64,000 bases of DNA, taken from positions 11,852-75,851 of the forward strand of contig JAFDDB010000003.1 of the NCBI GenBank assembly GCA_019311115.1. The letters run 5' to 3'. Source of the DNA: Deltaproteobacteria bacterium (GTDB taxonomy: Bacteria; Myxococcota_A; UBA9160; SZUA-336). The notes under the pieces were generated by a model that saw only the letters and a list, made by a program, of their open reading frames with translations, did not search any database and was not told where the DNA came from. Numbering within the stretch: the stretch's first letter is position 1; the number at the start of each line of letters is the position of its first letter. A program made the translations under genes and the position numbers. Positions 32,940 to 42,215 of this stretch are shown here, one piece after another.

Positions 32940-33533
32940 TCAGGCCGGAGTCGTGTCCCTCCGGAACGTGTAGATGCGCATCGGCGGGAGGTTCCAGAAG
33001 CCCGAACGCGTCTCGGCCGGACCGAAGACGGGCTCGGCCATGCGCCGGACGGCGCTGCGGAACTGGTACGCCACGAAGCGGCCGCCGGGCGCGAGTACGC
33101 GCTTCGCGGCCTCGAGCGTGCGGCGGCCCTCGCCCCGCTCCATGGTCGAGAACGGGATTCCCGACACGACGAGATCGGCCTGCGCTTCGCCCGCTTCGGC
33201 GAGCGCCTTCTCCAAGTCGGCCGAGCTGCCGTTGTACAGAGTGAGTCGCGGGTCCGGGTAGGACCGATGGAGTAGGTCGACGAACTCGGGCAGTAGCTCG
33301 ACCGCGATGAGCTTCCCGTCCTCGGGCATGAGTTCGAGAATCTCTCGCGTGAGCACTCCGGTCCCCGGACCCAGCTCGACGATCACGCGCGCGCTCGCCG
33401 CGTCGCCACACTGCAGCACGCGGCGCGTCAGGAAACGCGAACTCGGGATGACCGACCCGACCTCCTTGGGGTTCTTGAGGAAGCCACGGAGGAACTGGAG
33501 CGGACGGTCGCTGCGGCGGCGCTGTGAGTTCAT
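32940..33533 (-). CDS. Phospholipid N-methyltransferase (PmtA-like SAM methyltransferase)
   Basis: FLKNPKEVGSVIPSS, VELGPGTG, VSGIPF, N.PP. Confidence 0.85.
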   Translation of the reverse strand: MNSQRRRSDRPLQFLRGFLKNPKEVGSVIPSSRFLTRRVLQCGDAASARVIVELGPGTGVLTREILELMPEDGKLIAVELLPEFVDLLHRSYPDPRLTLYNGSSADLEKALAEAGEAQADLVVSGIPFSTMERGEGRRTLEAAKRVLAPGGRFVAYQFRSAVRRMAEPVFGPAETRSGFWNLPPMRIYTFRRDTTPA

Positions 33534-33626
33534 GAAGCGAGGGCTCCTGCACGCGGGAGGTTCCGCGGCTCGTCGAGGTTCAGAGGACCCCGGCTATGTA
33601 TCGCGGTGCCGGGGGGGTGGTCAACC

Positions 33627-34367
33627 TCAGGAGGGCTCGTTGGGCAGATGCTCCGACTCCTCGCGGGTCATGGCCGCGATCACCGCCTGGTTCACGCGGC
33701 GCGTGATCTCTCGCGTCGCGCGCTCGGCCGTGTCTACGTCGCCCGCTTCTACCGCGACCGCTACGCGCAGCACGAGCGGGGTGATTTTCCGACGCTCCGC
33801 GCTGAGCCACCGTTCCACCGGAGTCGCGTCGGCGCCCCGCTGGAGGGCGTTCGAGAAGATCTTGAGCACGGGATTGCCCGTGAGCTCGGCCAGGTCGTCC
33901 TGGAGCGTGCGGAGAAGCTGGATGAACTCCCGGTCGGAGTAGTCCCGCTGCATGAACTCGTGCACCTTGGCCGCGGTCTTGCGCAGGTCCGCAGGCGAAG
34001 CGCGGTTCATCGCCACGCGGACGATTCCGGGGAAGAGCGCCTCGCGCAGCTCGAGCAGACCCTCCATCCAGCGCCGGTCCCGCGTGCCCGAGCGTGCGAT
34101 CAGGTCCCAGACCAGGTCGAAGCTGGCGTTCTCGATCGCGCACACGCGAATGCCGGAGCCCTGCTGGATCTCGACCAGCCGGAGCTGCTCGAGCTTCTTC
34201 AGCGCCTCGCGGATCGAGCTGCGGTTCACGTGCAGCTGCTCGGCCAGCTCGCGCTCGGGGGGGAGCCGGTCGCCCGGGGCGAACTCCCCATCCAGGATGG
34301 CCTCGCGGATGCGGTCCGCGACCGCGTCCGGCAGCACCCGGCGCCCCGTCTCCTCGACCGGCTTCAC
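33627..34367 (-). CDS. GntR/FadR-family transcriptional regulator
   Basis: PGDRLPPERELAEQL.VNRSSIREAL wHTH plus FCD domain; GTG start overlaps the SDR stop. Confidence 0.9.
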   Translation of the reverse strand: MKPVEETGRRVLPDAVADRIREAILDGEFAPGDRLPPERELAEQLHVNRSSIREALKKLEQLRLVEIQQGSGIRVCAIENASFDLVWDLIARSGTRDRRWMEGLLELREALFPGIVRVAMNRASPADLRKTAAKVHEFMQRDYSDREFIQLLRTLQDDLAELTGNPVLKIFSNALQRGADATPVERWLSAERRKITPLVLRVAVAVEAGDVDTAERATREITRRVNQAVIAAMTREESEHLPNEPS

Positions 34368-35110
34368 CACTGCCCTCCGTCGATGCGGAACACCTTGCCG
34401 GTGATCCAGGCGGCCGCGTCCGACGCCAGGTACACGGCGAGCTGGCCGATCTCGTCGCACTCGCCCATCCGTCCCAGGGGAATCCCGCGCACGATCGCGT
34501 CGCCATGCTCCTCGACCATGCCGTCCGCGATGTCGGTCGCGATCAGGCCCGGGGCGATCACGTTGCAGCGGATGCCACGATCCGCGTTCTCGCGCGCCAC
34601 GACCTTGGTCAGGGCGTTCACCCCGGCCTTCGCCGCGACGTACGGACCGCCGTTCGCGCCGCAGGCGTCTGCGGCGATCGACGAGACGGTGAGGATCACG
34701 CCCGAGCGCTGCTCCCGCAGGATGGGCAGGGCGCTGTGGAGCGTGTGGAAGACACCGCCGAGGTCGATGCCGATGATGCGCTCCCAGTAGCCCGGGTCCA
34801 CCTCGTGCAGCGGCTGGAAGCGCGTCGCGACTCCCGCGTTGGCGACGACGATGTCGAGCCCGCCGAGGGCCGCGTGCGCGGCGTGGACCATCGCCCGCAC
34901 GGCTTCGCCATCGCGGACGTCGGCCGCGTGCGCGGTGGCCTTGCGGCCGAGCGCCTCGATGTCCTTGACCGCACTGGCCGCGGCCCCCTCGTCGCGCCGG
35001 TAGCCGATCGCCACGTCGGCGCCGGCCCGGGCCAGCGCCAGCGCGATGCCCCGCCCGATCCCGCGCGAGGCGCCGGTCACGAGTGCGCGCTTTCCGCTCA
35101 GGGCGTGCAA
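34364..35110 (-). CDS. FabG-like SDR oxidoreductase
   Basis: TGASRGIG, NAG, YVAAK, IPLGR, IDGG; TTG 35110 with GGAGG RBS 6 nt upstream. Confidence 0.9.
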   Translation of the reverse strand: MHALSGKRALVTGASRGIGRGIALALARAGADVAIGYRRDEGAAASAVKDIEALGRKATAHAADVRDGEAVRAMVHAAHAALGGLDIVVANAGVATRFQPLHEVDPGYWERIIGIDLGGVFHTLHSALPILREQRSGVILTVSSIAADACGANGGPYVAAKAGVNALTKVVARENADRGIRCNVIAPGLIATDIADGMVEEHGDAIVRGIPLGRMGECDEIGQLAVYLASDAAAWITGKVFRIDGGQW

Positions 35111-35154
35111 TTCCAGCCTCCGGGGGGTCCCCAACCCTGTCGCCATACTGACAC

Positions 35155-35171
35155 AATTCGTCGGACCACAT
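35155..35171. promoter_or_regulatory. Putative FadR-type operator
   Basis: Minus strand reads TGGTCCGACGA, one mismatch from the FadR-subfamily TGGT-N3-ACCA palindrome; lies between divergent operons, one of which encodes a FadR-like regulator. Confidence 0.6.
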
Positions 35172-35267
35172 GGGACTTGAAGCCCCCCGGCCGAGGCCCC
35201 ATGATCGGCCGGCCTCGCCCATCGCGGCGGAGCCGAAGCCCCATCCCGCAGCCCCGGAGGCGAAGCC

Positions 35268-36431
35268 ATGCCCAAGACCCGCGCCTACTCGATTCGAGCC
35301 GAAGACGTCGCCGCCGAGAGCGAGCGTGCCGGCGGGGACTTCGACCAGGTCGACATCTCGCGGGTGCTCAGGCTCGACGATCTCGAACTGCGCGAGGTCG
35401 GGCGCAGTGACGTGCACATGAAGATCCTCGCGGTCTCGGGTGAGCACAACGTGGACCACGCGGTCCTGGCGGACACCGTGAACATCGCCGAGACCCGCGG
35501 CGGCAAGATCTACCCCGGCAACTCGGCCGTCGGCGAGGTGCTGGCCGTCGGCTCGGACGTCACGCGCTTCGCAGCGGGTGACATCGTCCTGACCCACTGC
35601 AACGGCGGCCCGGACGAGTACGGCTATCCCACCCGGATCTGGGCCTACGACGCGGACGACTCGATCGGCTGGTACAGCGAAGAGGCCGTGGTGGGAGACT
35701 GGCAGCTGGTCAAGGCGCCGGTCGACTGCGGGCTGAGCCTGTGGGAGATCGCGGCGCTCCCGCTGCGGGCCCCGACGGCGTACCACCTGTGGCGACGCGC
35801 GCTCGGCATCTTCCGGGTCAAGGTCTCGCGCGAGCAACTCGCGACGCTGAACGTCCTGAGCTTCGGGGGCGGCGTCGGCGAACTCTTCCTGATGCTGGCG
35901 AGGGCCGAGGGACACAACGCCTTCTTCTGCGCGGGCAGCGACGCGCGCCGCGCCGCGCTCGAGCGGTTCGGAGTCGTCGGGATCGACCAGAAGGAGTACA
36001 ACCGCTTCGCGACGCGCGACGACGTGCGTAAGTTCTCACGCAAGCTGCGGGACCTGACGAACGGCGTGCAGGCGCACATCGTCTGCGACATGCTGCGCGG
36101 GCCGGTCTTCGCCGCGGGCCTGGCCGCGGCTGCGCGCTGCGGCGTCAACGTGAGCGCCGGCTGGCAGCTGTCTCAAGAGGTGACGTACAACTCGACGCTG
36201 CAGTCCGTGAAGCAGGTCACGATCGATCACACGCACTACGAGACGCCGGTCGGCTGCGAGGCCGCGACCGCGCTGTACGGCTCGGTGTTCAAGCCCACGA
36301 TCCACTCGGAGGTCTATCCCTTCGAGGACCTCGGGCGCTGCATGCACGAGATGCACAAGAACACCCAGACGGGGATCCCGATCGTGCGGGTAGCCAAGGA
36401 CCTTCCCGCCTCGGTGGCGAAGATCGCCTGA
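35268..36431 (+). CDS. MDR-family reductase, divergent crotonyl-CoA carboxylase/reductase-like
   Basis: GroES-like G.V.AVGS.VT.F..GD.V.THC, IWAYD...G.Y, PTAY, GGGVG; no catalytic-zinc GHE motif. Confidence 0.6.
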   Translation: MPKTRAYSIRAEDVAAESERAGGDFDQVDISRVLRLDDLELREVGRSDVHMKILAVSGEHNVDHAVLADTVNIAETRGGKIYPGNSAVGEVLAVGSDVTRFAAGDIVLTHCNGGPDEYGYPTRIWAYDADDSIGWYSEEAVVGDWQLVKAPVDCGLSLWEIAALPLRAPTAYHLWRRALGIFRVKVSREQLATLNVLSFGGGVGELFLMLARAEGHNAFFCAGSDARRAALERFGVVGIDQKEYNRFATRDDVRKFSRKLRDLTNGVQAHIVCDMLRGPVFAAGLAAAARCGVNVSAGWQLSQEVTYNSTLQSVKQVTIDHTHYETPVGCEAATALYGSVFKPTIHSEVYPFEDLGRCMHEMHKNTQTGIPIVRVAKDLPASVAKIA

Positions 36432-36439
36432 GGCGCGTC

Positions 36440-36868
36440 GTGGCTCGACAGTACTGGCTGGTCAAGTCGGAGCCCGGCGCGTACTCCTGGGACGACCTCG
36501 TGCGCGAGGGCGAGGATCTCTGGGACGGCGTGCGGAACCACCAGGCGCGCAACAACCTGGCGGCCATGAAGCGCGGCGACCTGGTGCTCTTCTACCACTC
36601 GGTGGACGCCCGCGAGGTCGTGGGGATCGCACGCGTAACGCGCGAGGGCTACCCCGACCCGACGACCGAAGACCCGCGCTGGGTGGCGGTGGACGTCGAA
36701 CCCGTGAGGCCGCTGAACAAGCCCGTCACGCTCGCGCAGATCAAGGGCGACCCGGCGCTGAAGGACGTCGCACTCGTGCGCCAGTCGCGGCTCTCGGTCG
36801 TGCCGTTGGCGCGGCCGGAGTTCCAGCGCGTACTGAAGCTGGGCGGGACGCCCATGCCCCGCAGCTAG
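36440..36868 (+). CDS. EVE-domain protein
   Basis: YWLVKSEP, WDGVRNHQARN, FYHS, SRLSV. Confidence 0.93.
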   Translation: MARQYWLVKSEPGAYSWDDLVREGEDLWDGVRNHQARNNLAAMKRGDLVLFYHSVDAREVVGIARVTREGYPDPTTEDPRWVAVDVEPVRPLNKPVTLAQIKGDPALKDVALVRQSRLSVVPLARPEFQRVLKLGGTPMPRS

Positions 36869-36904
36869 GGCTTCCGTGGGAGGGAGGCGGGGAGCGACGT
36901 GCGG

Positions 36905-37510
36905 TCAGGACTGGCCGGCGTGGCCCTGCCACTTCAGGTCGTCGGCGGCCGGCAGCCCCTCGGGCCCGAGCAGCACTTCCGGATCGGCGAACGACGCATA
37001 CAGCCCCTTCAGCGAGATCGACAGTACGCGCAGCTCTTCGGGCAGCTCGCGGTGGATCGGTCCCGCCGCGAGCCCGCGGATCGTGCTGAGCGCGGCGTGA
37101 ACCGTCTTGAGGGCGCGGCGCACCCTCACCAGCGACGCGCCCTCGAGCGAGGGCCGGGTCCGGACCTCGAGCTCCTTGGTCAGGTCGTAGAGGCGCTTCG
37201 AGTAGGCCACGAGCAGCGCCTGCTCCTGCGGCGATAGCGTGACCGCGCGCATGTCCTTCCGCTCGTTCTCGATCTCCATCATCTTGTCACGGATCTGCAC
37301 CATCTCGGACCAGACGAGCTTCACGTCGCGCTTCGCGCTGATGTCACGCCCACCCGCGATGTCGGAGTCCCCTGCGGCGGCCTCGCTCTGGGTCTTCTCG
37401 CTCTGGTTCTTCTCGGACGGGGTCTTCTCCGGCGCCTCCTGTGCGAACGCCACGGGGGCGAGCACGAAGAGCAGCGCGGTCATCAAGCAAGAGAGCGAGA
37501 CGCGAGACAC
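36905..37510 (-). CDS. Secreted hypothetical helical protein
   Basis: Signal peptide ending AFA-Q, EKxxS repeats, coiled-coil; GGAGG RBS; coding codon bias. Confidence 0.7.
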   Translation of the reverse strand: MSRVSLSCLMTALLFVLAPVAFAQEAPEKTPSEKNQSEKTQSEAAAGDSDIAGGRDISAKRDVKLVWSEMVQIRDKMMEIENERKDMRAVTLSPQEQALLVAYSKRLYDLTKELEVRTRPSLEGASLVRVRRALKTVHAALSTIRGLAAGPIHRELPEELRVLSISLKGLYASFADPEVLLGPEGLPAADDLKWQGHAGQS

Positions 37511-37680
37511 GTTGCAGTCCCTCCGGGAGGCGGTCAGAGCGGGGAAGCGGTCAGAGCGGGCAGCCTACACCGAGCGAAGCCGGATCGAAAGGACGCACTC
37601 GTGTGCAACTGGCGCGCGGGCTCGGAGACGTCTGGTACGCTGCGGCGGTCCCTCGCGGGCGGCAACAGGGAGACGCGCAG

Positions 37681-39171
37681 ATGGCCTTGAACCTCGGCAT
37701 CATCCTCTCCGAATCGGCGCGCGAGCGCCCGGACCACGTCGCCGTGCGGCTCGACGACCGGACCGTCACCTACGCGGACCTCGACCGTGCCGCCCGGGGA
37801 ATTGCGGGTGCGTTGCGAGAGCGCGGGATCGAGCCAGGCGACCACGTGGCTGTGATGGTTCCGAACGTCCCGGAATTCACCCTGGCCTACTTCGGCGTGC
37901 TGTACGCGGGCTGCACCGTGGTGCCGCTGAACATCCTCCTCTCGACGCCCGAGGTGACCTATCACCTGCAGGACTCGGAGGCGAAGCTGCTGATCGCCCA
38001 CCCGCTCTTCGGCGCGCCGGCCGAGGCCGGCGCGGCGGAGGCCGGCGTCCCGCTGGTCTGGGCGGACGACACGCCCGACGCGGATCTCGGCCGGATGGCC
38101 GCTGCGGACCCCGTCGACGGCCCCTACCTGACGGCGGAGAACGACACCGCCGTCATCCTGTACACCTCCGGCACCACGGGAAAGCCGAAGGGCGCCGAAC
38201 TGACGCACTCGAACCTGCTCCTGAACTGTTCGACCGTGATGTCGCGGCTGCTCCCACTCACTCGCGATGACGTGGCCCTCGCCACGCTTCCGCTCTTCCA
38301 CTCCTTCGGACAGACCTGCATCCAGAACGCGACCATCAGCGTGGGGGCCACGTTCACCCTGCTGCCGCGGTTCACGCCCGAGGACGCGCTCGCGGTCATG
38401 CAGCGGGACCGCGTCACGCTCTTCGCGGGCGTGCCCACTATGTACTTCGCGATCCTCAACTTCGAGCGCGGCCGGGACTACGACCTGTCGAGCCTGAAGT
38501 ACTGCATGGCCGGCGGAGCGGCGATGCCCGTCGAGGTGATGAAGGCCTTCGAGGACAAGTACCCGGTGCAGATCCTGGAGGGCTTCGGCTTGTCGGAGAC
38601 GTCGCCGGTGGCGTGCTTCAACATGCGCGACAAGCCCCGCAAGCCGGGCTCGATCGGCTACCCCGTCTGGGGCGTCGAGATGTGCATCCTCGACGACAGC
38701 GACCAGCCCGTCGAGGACGGCGAGCGCGGCGAGATCTGCATCCGCGGACACAACGTGATGAAGGGCTACTTCCGCCGGCCCGACGCCACCAAGGACGCGA
38801 TCCGCTCTGGCTGGTTCCACTCCGGCGACATCGGCATCCGCGACGCCGACGGCTCCTACCGGATCGTCGACCGCAAGAAGGACATGATCATCCGGGGCGG
38901 CTTCAACGTGTACCCGCGCGAGATCGAAGAAGTGCTCTACGCACACCCGGCGATCGTCGAGGCGGCGGTGATCGGCGTTCCGGACGAGAGCCACGGCGAA
39001 GAGGTCAAGGCCGTGGTCGCACTCGGCGCCGGGCAGGAACTGGACGAGAAAGCGCTGATCGCGTTCGCTCGCGAGCGGCTGGCCGCGTACAAGTACCCGC
39101 GCATCGTCGAGTTCGTAGCGGAGCTGCCAAAGGGCCCGACCGGAAAGATCCTGAAACGTGAGCTGCGCTAG
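37681..39171 (+). CDS. Long-chain fatty acid-CoA ligase (AMP-binding)
   Basis: YTSGTTGKPKG, EGFGLSET, SGDIG, RKKDMIIRGG, PKGPTGK; GGAG RBS before ATG 37681. Confidence 0.93.
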   Translation: MALNLGIILSESARERPDHVAVRLDDRTVTYADLDRAARGIAGALRERGIEPGDHVAVMVPNVPEFTLAYFGVLYAGCTVVPLNILLSTPEVTYHLQDSEAKLLIAHPLFGAPAEAGAAEAGVPLVWADDTPDADLGRMAAADPVDGPYLTAENDTAVILYTSGTTGKPKGAELTHSNLLLNCSTVMSRLLPLTRDDVALATLPLFHSFGQTCIQNATISVGATFTLLPRFTPEDALAVMQRDRVTLFAGVPTMYFAILNFERGRDYDLSSLKYCMAGGAAMPVEVMKAFEDKYPVQILEGFGLSETSPVACFNMRDKPRKPGSIGYPVWGVEMCILDDSDQPVEDGERGEICIRGHNVMKGYFRRPDATKDAIRSGWFHSGDIGIRDADGSYRIVDRKKDMIIRGGFNVYPREIEEVLYAHPAIVEAAVIGVPDESHGEEVKAVVALGAGQELDEKALIAFARERLAAYKYPRIVEFVAELPKGPTGKILKRELR

Positions 39172-39186
39172 CCTGCGCTGCGCTGG

Positions 39187-39627
39187 CTAGCCGCGGTCGA
39201 GCGCCTCGACCTTGGCGACTCGCCGCGCGTGGCGGCCGCCGTCGAACGCGGTCGAGAGCCAGGTCGTCGTGAACTTGAGCAGGTCCTCGGCCGGGAACTC
39301 GCCGCCGCCCAGGCACAGCACGTTCGAGTCGTGGTGCGCGCGGGTCGCCGCGGCGCTCGTCTCGCTGTAGACGACCGCGGCGCGCACACCGTGGATGCGG
39401 TTCGCGAGCATCGACATGCCGATGCCGTTGGTGCAGATCAGGATCGCGCGGTCGGCGTCGCCATCGGCAACGCTGCGCGCCGCCGGGATGCCGTAGTCCG
39501 GGTAGTCGCACGACTCCGTCGAGTCCGTACCCAGGTCGACCACCTCGTGACCCAGCCGCCCGAGCTCCTCGCAGAGCCTCTGCTTGAACTCGAAGCCGCC
39601 GTGGTCCGCCGCGAGCGCGATCTTCAT
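39187..39627 (-). CDS. rpiB: Ribose-5-phosphate isomerase B
   Basis: ADHGG, DYPD, ICTNGIG, HHDSNVL, FDGGRH.RRV.K. Confidence 0.95.
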   Translation of the reverse strand: MKIALAADHGGFEFKQRLCEELGRLGHEVVDLGTDSTESCDYPDYGIPAARSVADGDADRAILICTNGIGMSMLANRIHGVRAAVVYSETSAAATRAHHDSNVLCLGGGEFPAEDLLKFTTTWLSTAFDGGRHARRVAKVEALDRG

Positions 39628-39628
39628 G

Positions 39629-41047
39629 TCACTCCCAGGCCGCGGTCGGCCACTCCGGGTGCCAGGGGCGTTCGCGCTCGAAAGCGTGCGCCGCCTGCAG
39701 GACGAGGTCGTCGCGGTGCCGCGGCGCGACGATCTGCATGCCCATCGGAAGCCCGGCGCGAGACAGACCGACGCGGACCGTGCCGGCCGGGTGCCACGAC
39801 AGGTTGAAGGGAATGGTGAACGACGCCACGCCCCAAGCGAGCTGCTTGCGCCCCTCGGTCTCGGTCGGGAACGGCCCGCGCGCGGGCGGCGGGTCGTAGG
39901 GAATGGTGGGGGTCACGAGCAGATCGTAGCGATCGAAGACGTCGGCGCACCAGCGGTTGAGCGCCTCGCGCCCCTCCTGCATGCGGCCGAAGTCCTCGGC
40001 CGTGAACGAGTCCGCCTCGAGTACGCCCCGGATCAGCGAGCGGCCGAACTCCTCGCGCCGCTCGGGCAGCAGGTCGCGCAGACGCGCCGCCATTTCGAAG
40101 GCGCCGAACGCGCCCCACTCGCTTCCCATCGGGGGCGGGCCCCCCGTCACGTCCTCGACGCTGTGGCCCAGCTTCTCGAACGCGCGCACCGCGTCGTAGA
40201 CCGCCTCGCCGATGTCGGACTGCACGACCGCGTAGCCCAGGTCGGCCGAGTAGCCGATCCGCAGGCCCGACGGCAGCCCCGCGCGCAGCGACTCCTGGTA
40301 CGAGATTCCGGGATGCGGCAGCGAGTTCGGATCGAGCGCCGACGGTCCCGCCACCTGGTCCAGGAAGAGCGCGGCGTCGGCGACGGTCTTCGTGGTCGGA
40401 CCCGACACCGCCGTGTCTCCGTAGTCCCAGCGCGCGCTCGGCGCGTTCGGAATGCGCCCGTACGACGTCTTGAGACCGAAGGCGCCGACGAAGCTGGCGG
40501 GAATCCGGATCGACCCCCCGCCGTCACTCGACGTGACGAGCGGCAGCACGCCGGCCGCCAGTGCCGCCGCCGACCCGCCGCTCGAGCCGCCCGGCGTGTG
40601 CGCCAGGTTCCAGGGATTGTGCGTCGATCCGTAGACCAGGTTCTTGGTGATCGCCGTGGCACCGAACTCCGGTGCGTTCGTCTTGCCGACCACGATCGCG
40701 CCCGCCGCCTTGAGCCGCGCCACCTGCACCGTGTCCTGCGTCGCCAGGTTGTCCTTGAACGGCAGCGACCCGTGCGAAGTGATCAGCCCCTCGGTGTCCT
40801 CCAGGTCCTTCACGCCGAGCGGCACCCCCTCGAGCGCCCGCGCCTCGCCCCGGGCCACGCGCTCGTCCGCCGCCCGCGCGTCGGCGAGCAACCGCTCCCG
40901 ATCGTGCATGGCCACGACCGCGTTCAGATCCGCATTCGTAGCCTCGATCCGATCGAGCACGGCCGACATCACCTCGACCGCAGAAACTTCCCGCCCAGAA
41001 ACGGCCGCGACCAACTCGGAGAGCGTCTTCCCAAGAATCTCATTCAT
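39629..41047 (-). CDS. Amidase signature family protein
   Basis: GVPLGVKD, GKTN.PEFG, PGGSSGGSAA, SDGGGSIRIPA. Confidence 0.93.
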   Translation of the reverse strand: MNEILGKTLSELVAAVSGREVSAVEVMSAVLDRIEATNADLNAVVAMHDRERLLADARAADERVARGEARALEGVPLGVKDLEDTEGLITSHGSLPFKDNLATQDTVQVARLKAAGAIVVGKTNAPEFGATAITKNLVYGSTHNPWNLAHTPGGSSGGSAAALAAGVLPLVTSSDGGGSIRIPASFVGAFGLKTSYGRIPNAPSARWDYGDTAVSGPTTKTVADAALFLDQVAGPSALDPNSLPHPGISYQESLRAGLPSGLRIGYSADLGYAVVQSDIGEAVYDAVRAFEKLGHSVEDVTGGPPPMGSEWGAFGAFEMAARLRDLLPERREEFGRSLIRGVLEADSFTAEDFGRMQEGREALNRWCADVFDRYDLLVTPTIPYDPPPARGPFPTETEGRKQLAWGVASFTIPFNLSWHPAGTVRVGLSRAGLPMGMQIVAPRHRDDLVLQAAHAFERERPWHPEWPTAAWE

Positions 41048-41172
41048 GCTTCCATCCTACTCTTGTTCTGCGGGGCGGACGTGTGCGTTCGTTCGAGGCA
41101 GGGCGGCTGGCGCGGCGCCCCTCCACGGACGACCAGGCAGGCGCCGCGAAGCGGCGCTTCCACCGAATAGAG

Positions 41173-42093
41173 CTACGCCGAGGCGTAGATGTCCATGATG
41201 GAGTGGAGCAGGTCGATGGCCTCGGTCTTGGGGCGCTGGAACGAGTTGCGACCGACGATCGAGCCGAAGCCTCCGCCGTCGGCGATGCCCTGGATCTCCT
41301 CGACCAGGCCATCGCGCCCCTGCGCCGCACCGCCTGAGAAGATGACGATCCTGCGCCCGGCGAACGCGCTCTGCACCACGTGGCGCACGCGGTCGGCGAG
41401 CGTGCCGATCGGGATGCCCTCGGCCTCGTAGACCTTGCGCGCGGCGTCCTGCTCGATGTGGGCCGTGGGCGGCTTGATCTTGATCAGGTGGGCGCCGAGC
41501 TGTGCCGCGATCTGTGCGGCGTAGGCGATCACGTCGATCGCCGTCTCGCCCTCCTTCGAGATGGCCGCGCCGCGCGGGTACGACCAGACCACGACGGCGA
41601 GCCCCGCGTGCTTGGCCTCTTCGCAGAGCTCGCGCACCTGCCCGTACATGTCGTTGCGGTAGGCCGAGCCCGGGTAGATGGTGAAGCCGATCGCCGAGCA
41701 GCCCAGCCGAAGCGCGTCGTCGACGCCGCCGGTCAGCGCGGGACACGGGTCGTCGCCACCGTAGAGCGAGTCCGAGTTGTTGAGCTTGAGGATCAGCGGA
41801 ATGTCACCCGCGAACTCGGCCGCCCCCGCCTCGAGGAACCCGAGCGGCGCCGCGTAGCCGTTGCAGCCGGCTTCGATGCCCAGCTCGAAGTGATACCGCG
41901 GGTCGTAGCCCAGGGCGTTCTTGGCGAAGCTGCGCGCGGGCCCGTGCTCGAAGCCCTGGTCGACGGGCAGGATGACGAGCTTGCCGGTTCCGCCGAGCCG
42001 GCCGTGGTTCAACAGGCGCGCCAGGTTCGTCAGCGTCCCGGGGTTGTCGCTGGCGTACCAGGACAGGATCTCCTTCACGCGCTTGGTCGTCAC
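41173..42093 (-). CDS. fbaB: Class I fructose-bisphosphate aldolase
   Basis: ILPVDQGFEHGP, GFTIYPGS, WSYPRG, Schiff-base IKIK, FSGG, GRNSFQR. Confidence 0.95.
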   Translation of the reverse strand: MTTKRVKEILSWYASDNPGTLTNLARLLNHGRLGGTGKLVILPVDQGFEHGPARSFAKNALGYDPRYHFELGIEAGCNGYAAPLGFLEAGAAEFAGDIPLILKLNNSDSLYGGDDPCPALTGGVDDALRLGCSAIGFTIYPGSAYRNDMYGQVRELCEEAKHAGLAVVVWSYPRGAAISKEGETAIDVIAYAAQIAAQLGAHLIKIKPPTAHIEQDAARKVYEAEGIPIGTLADRVRHVVQSAFAGRRIVIFSGGAAQGRDGLVEEIQGIADGGGFGSIVGRNSFQRPKTEAIDLLHSIMDIYASA

Positions 42094-42215
42094 TTCGGCT
42101 CTCCCTGAAGGGCCCGCGGGCCCGCCTTCGTCCTTGATGGGTCGGTAATGGATCGGCCGGATTCTACCGCAGCCGTCGCGCTCCAGCCTCGGGCCCCATG
42201 CTCCGCTATGGGTTC

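Noticed and set aside
33627-35915. 762-aa ORF appearing as a giant GntR fusion
   Set aside because: The N-terminal part overlaps the SDR and the MDR gene in non-coding frames; the GntR starts at GTG 34367.
36440-36868. EVE domain as part of a modification-dependent defence system
   Set aside because: Stand-alone EVE with no nuclease, toxin or methylase neighbours.
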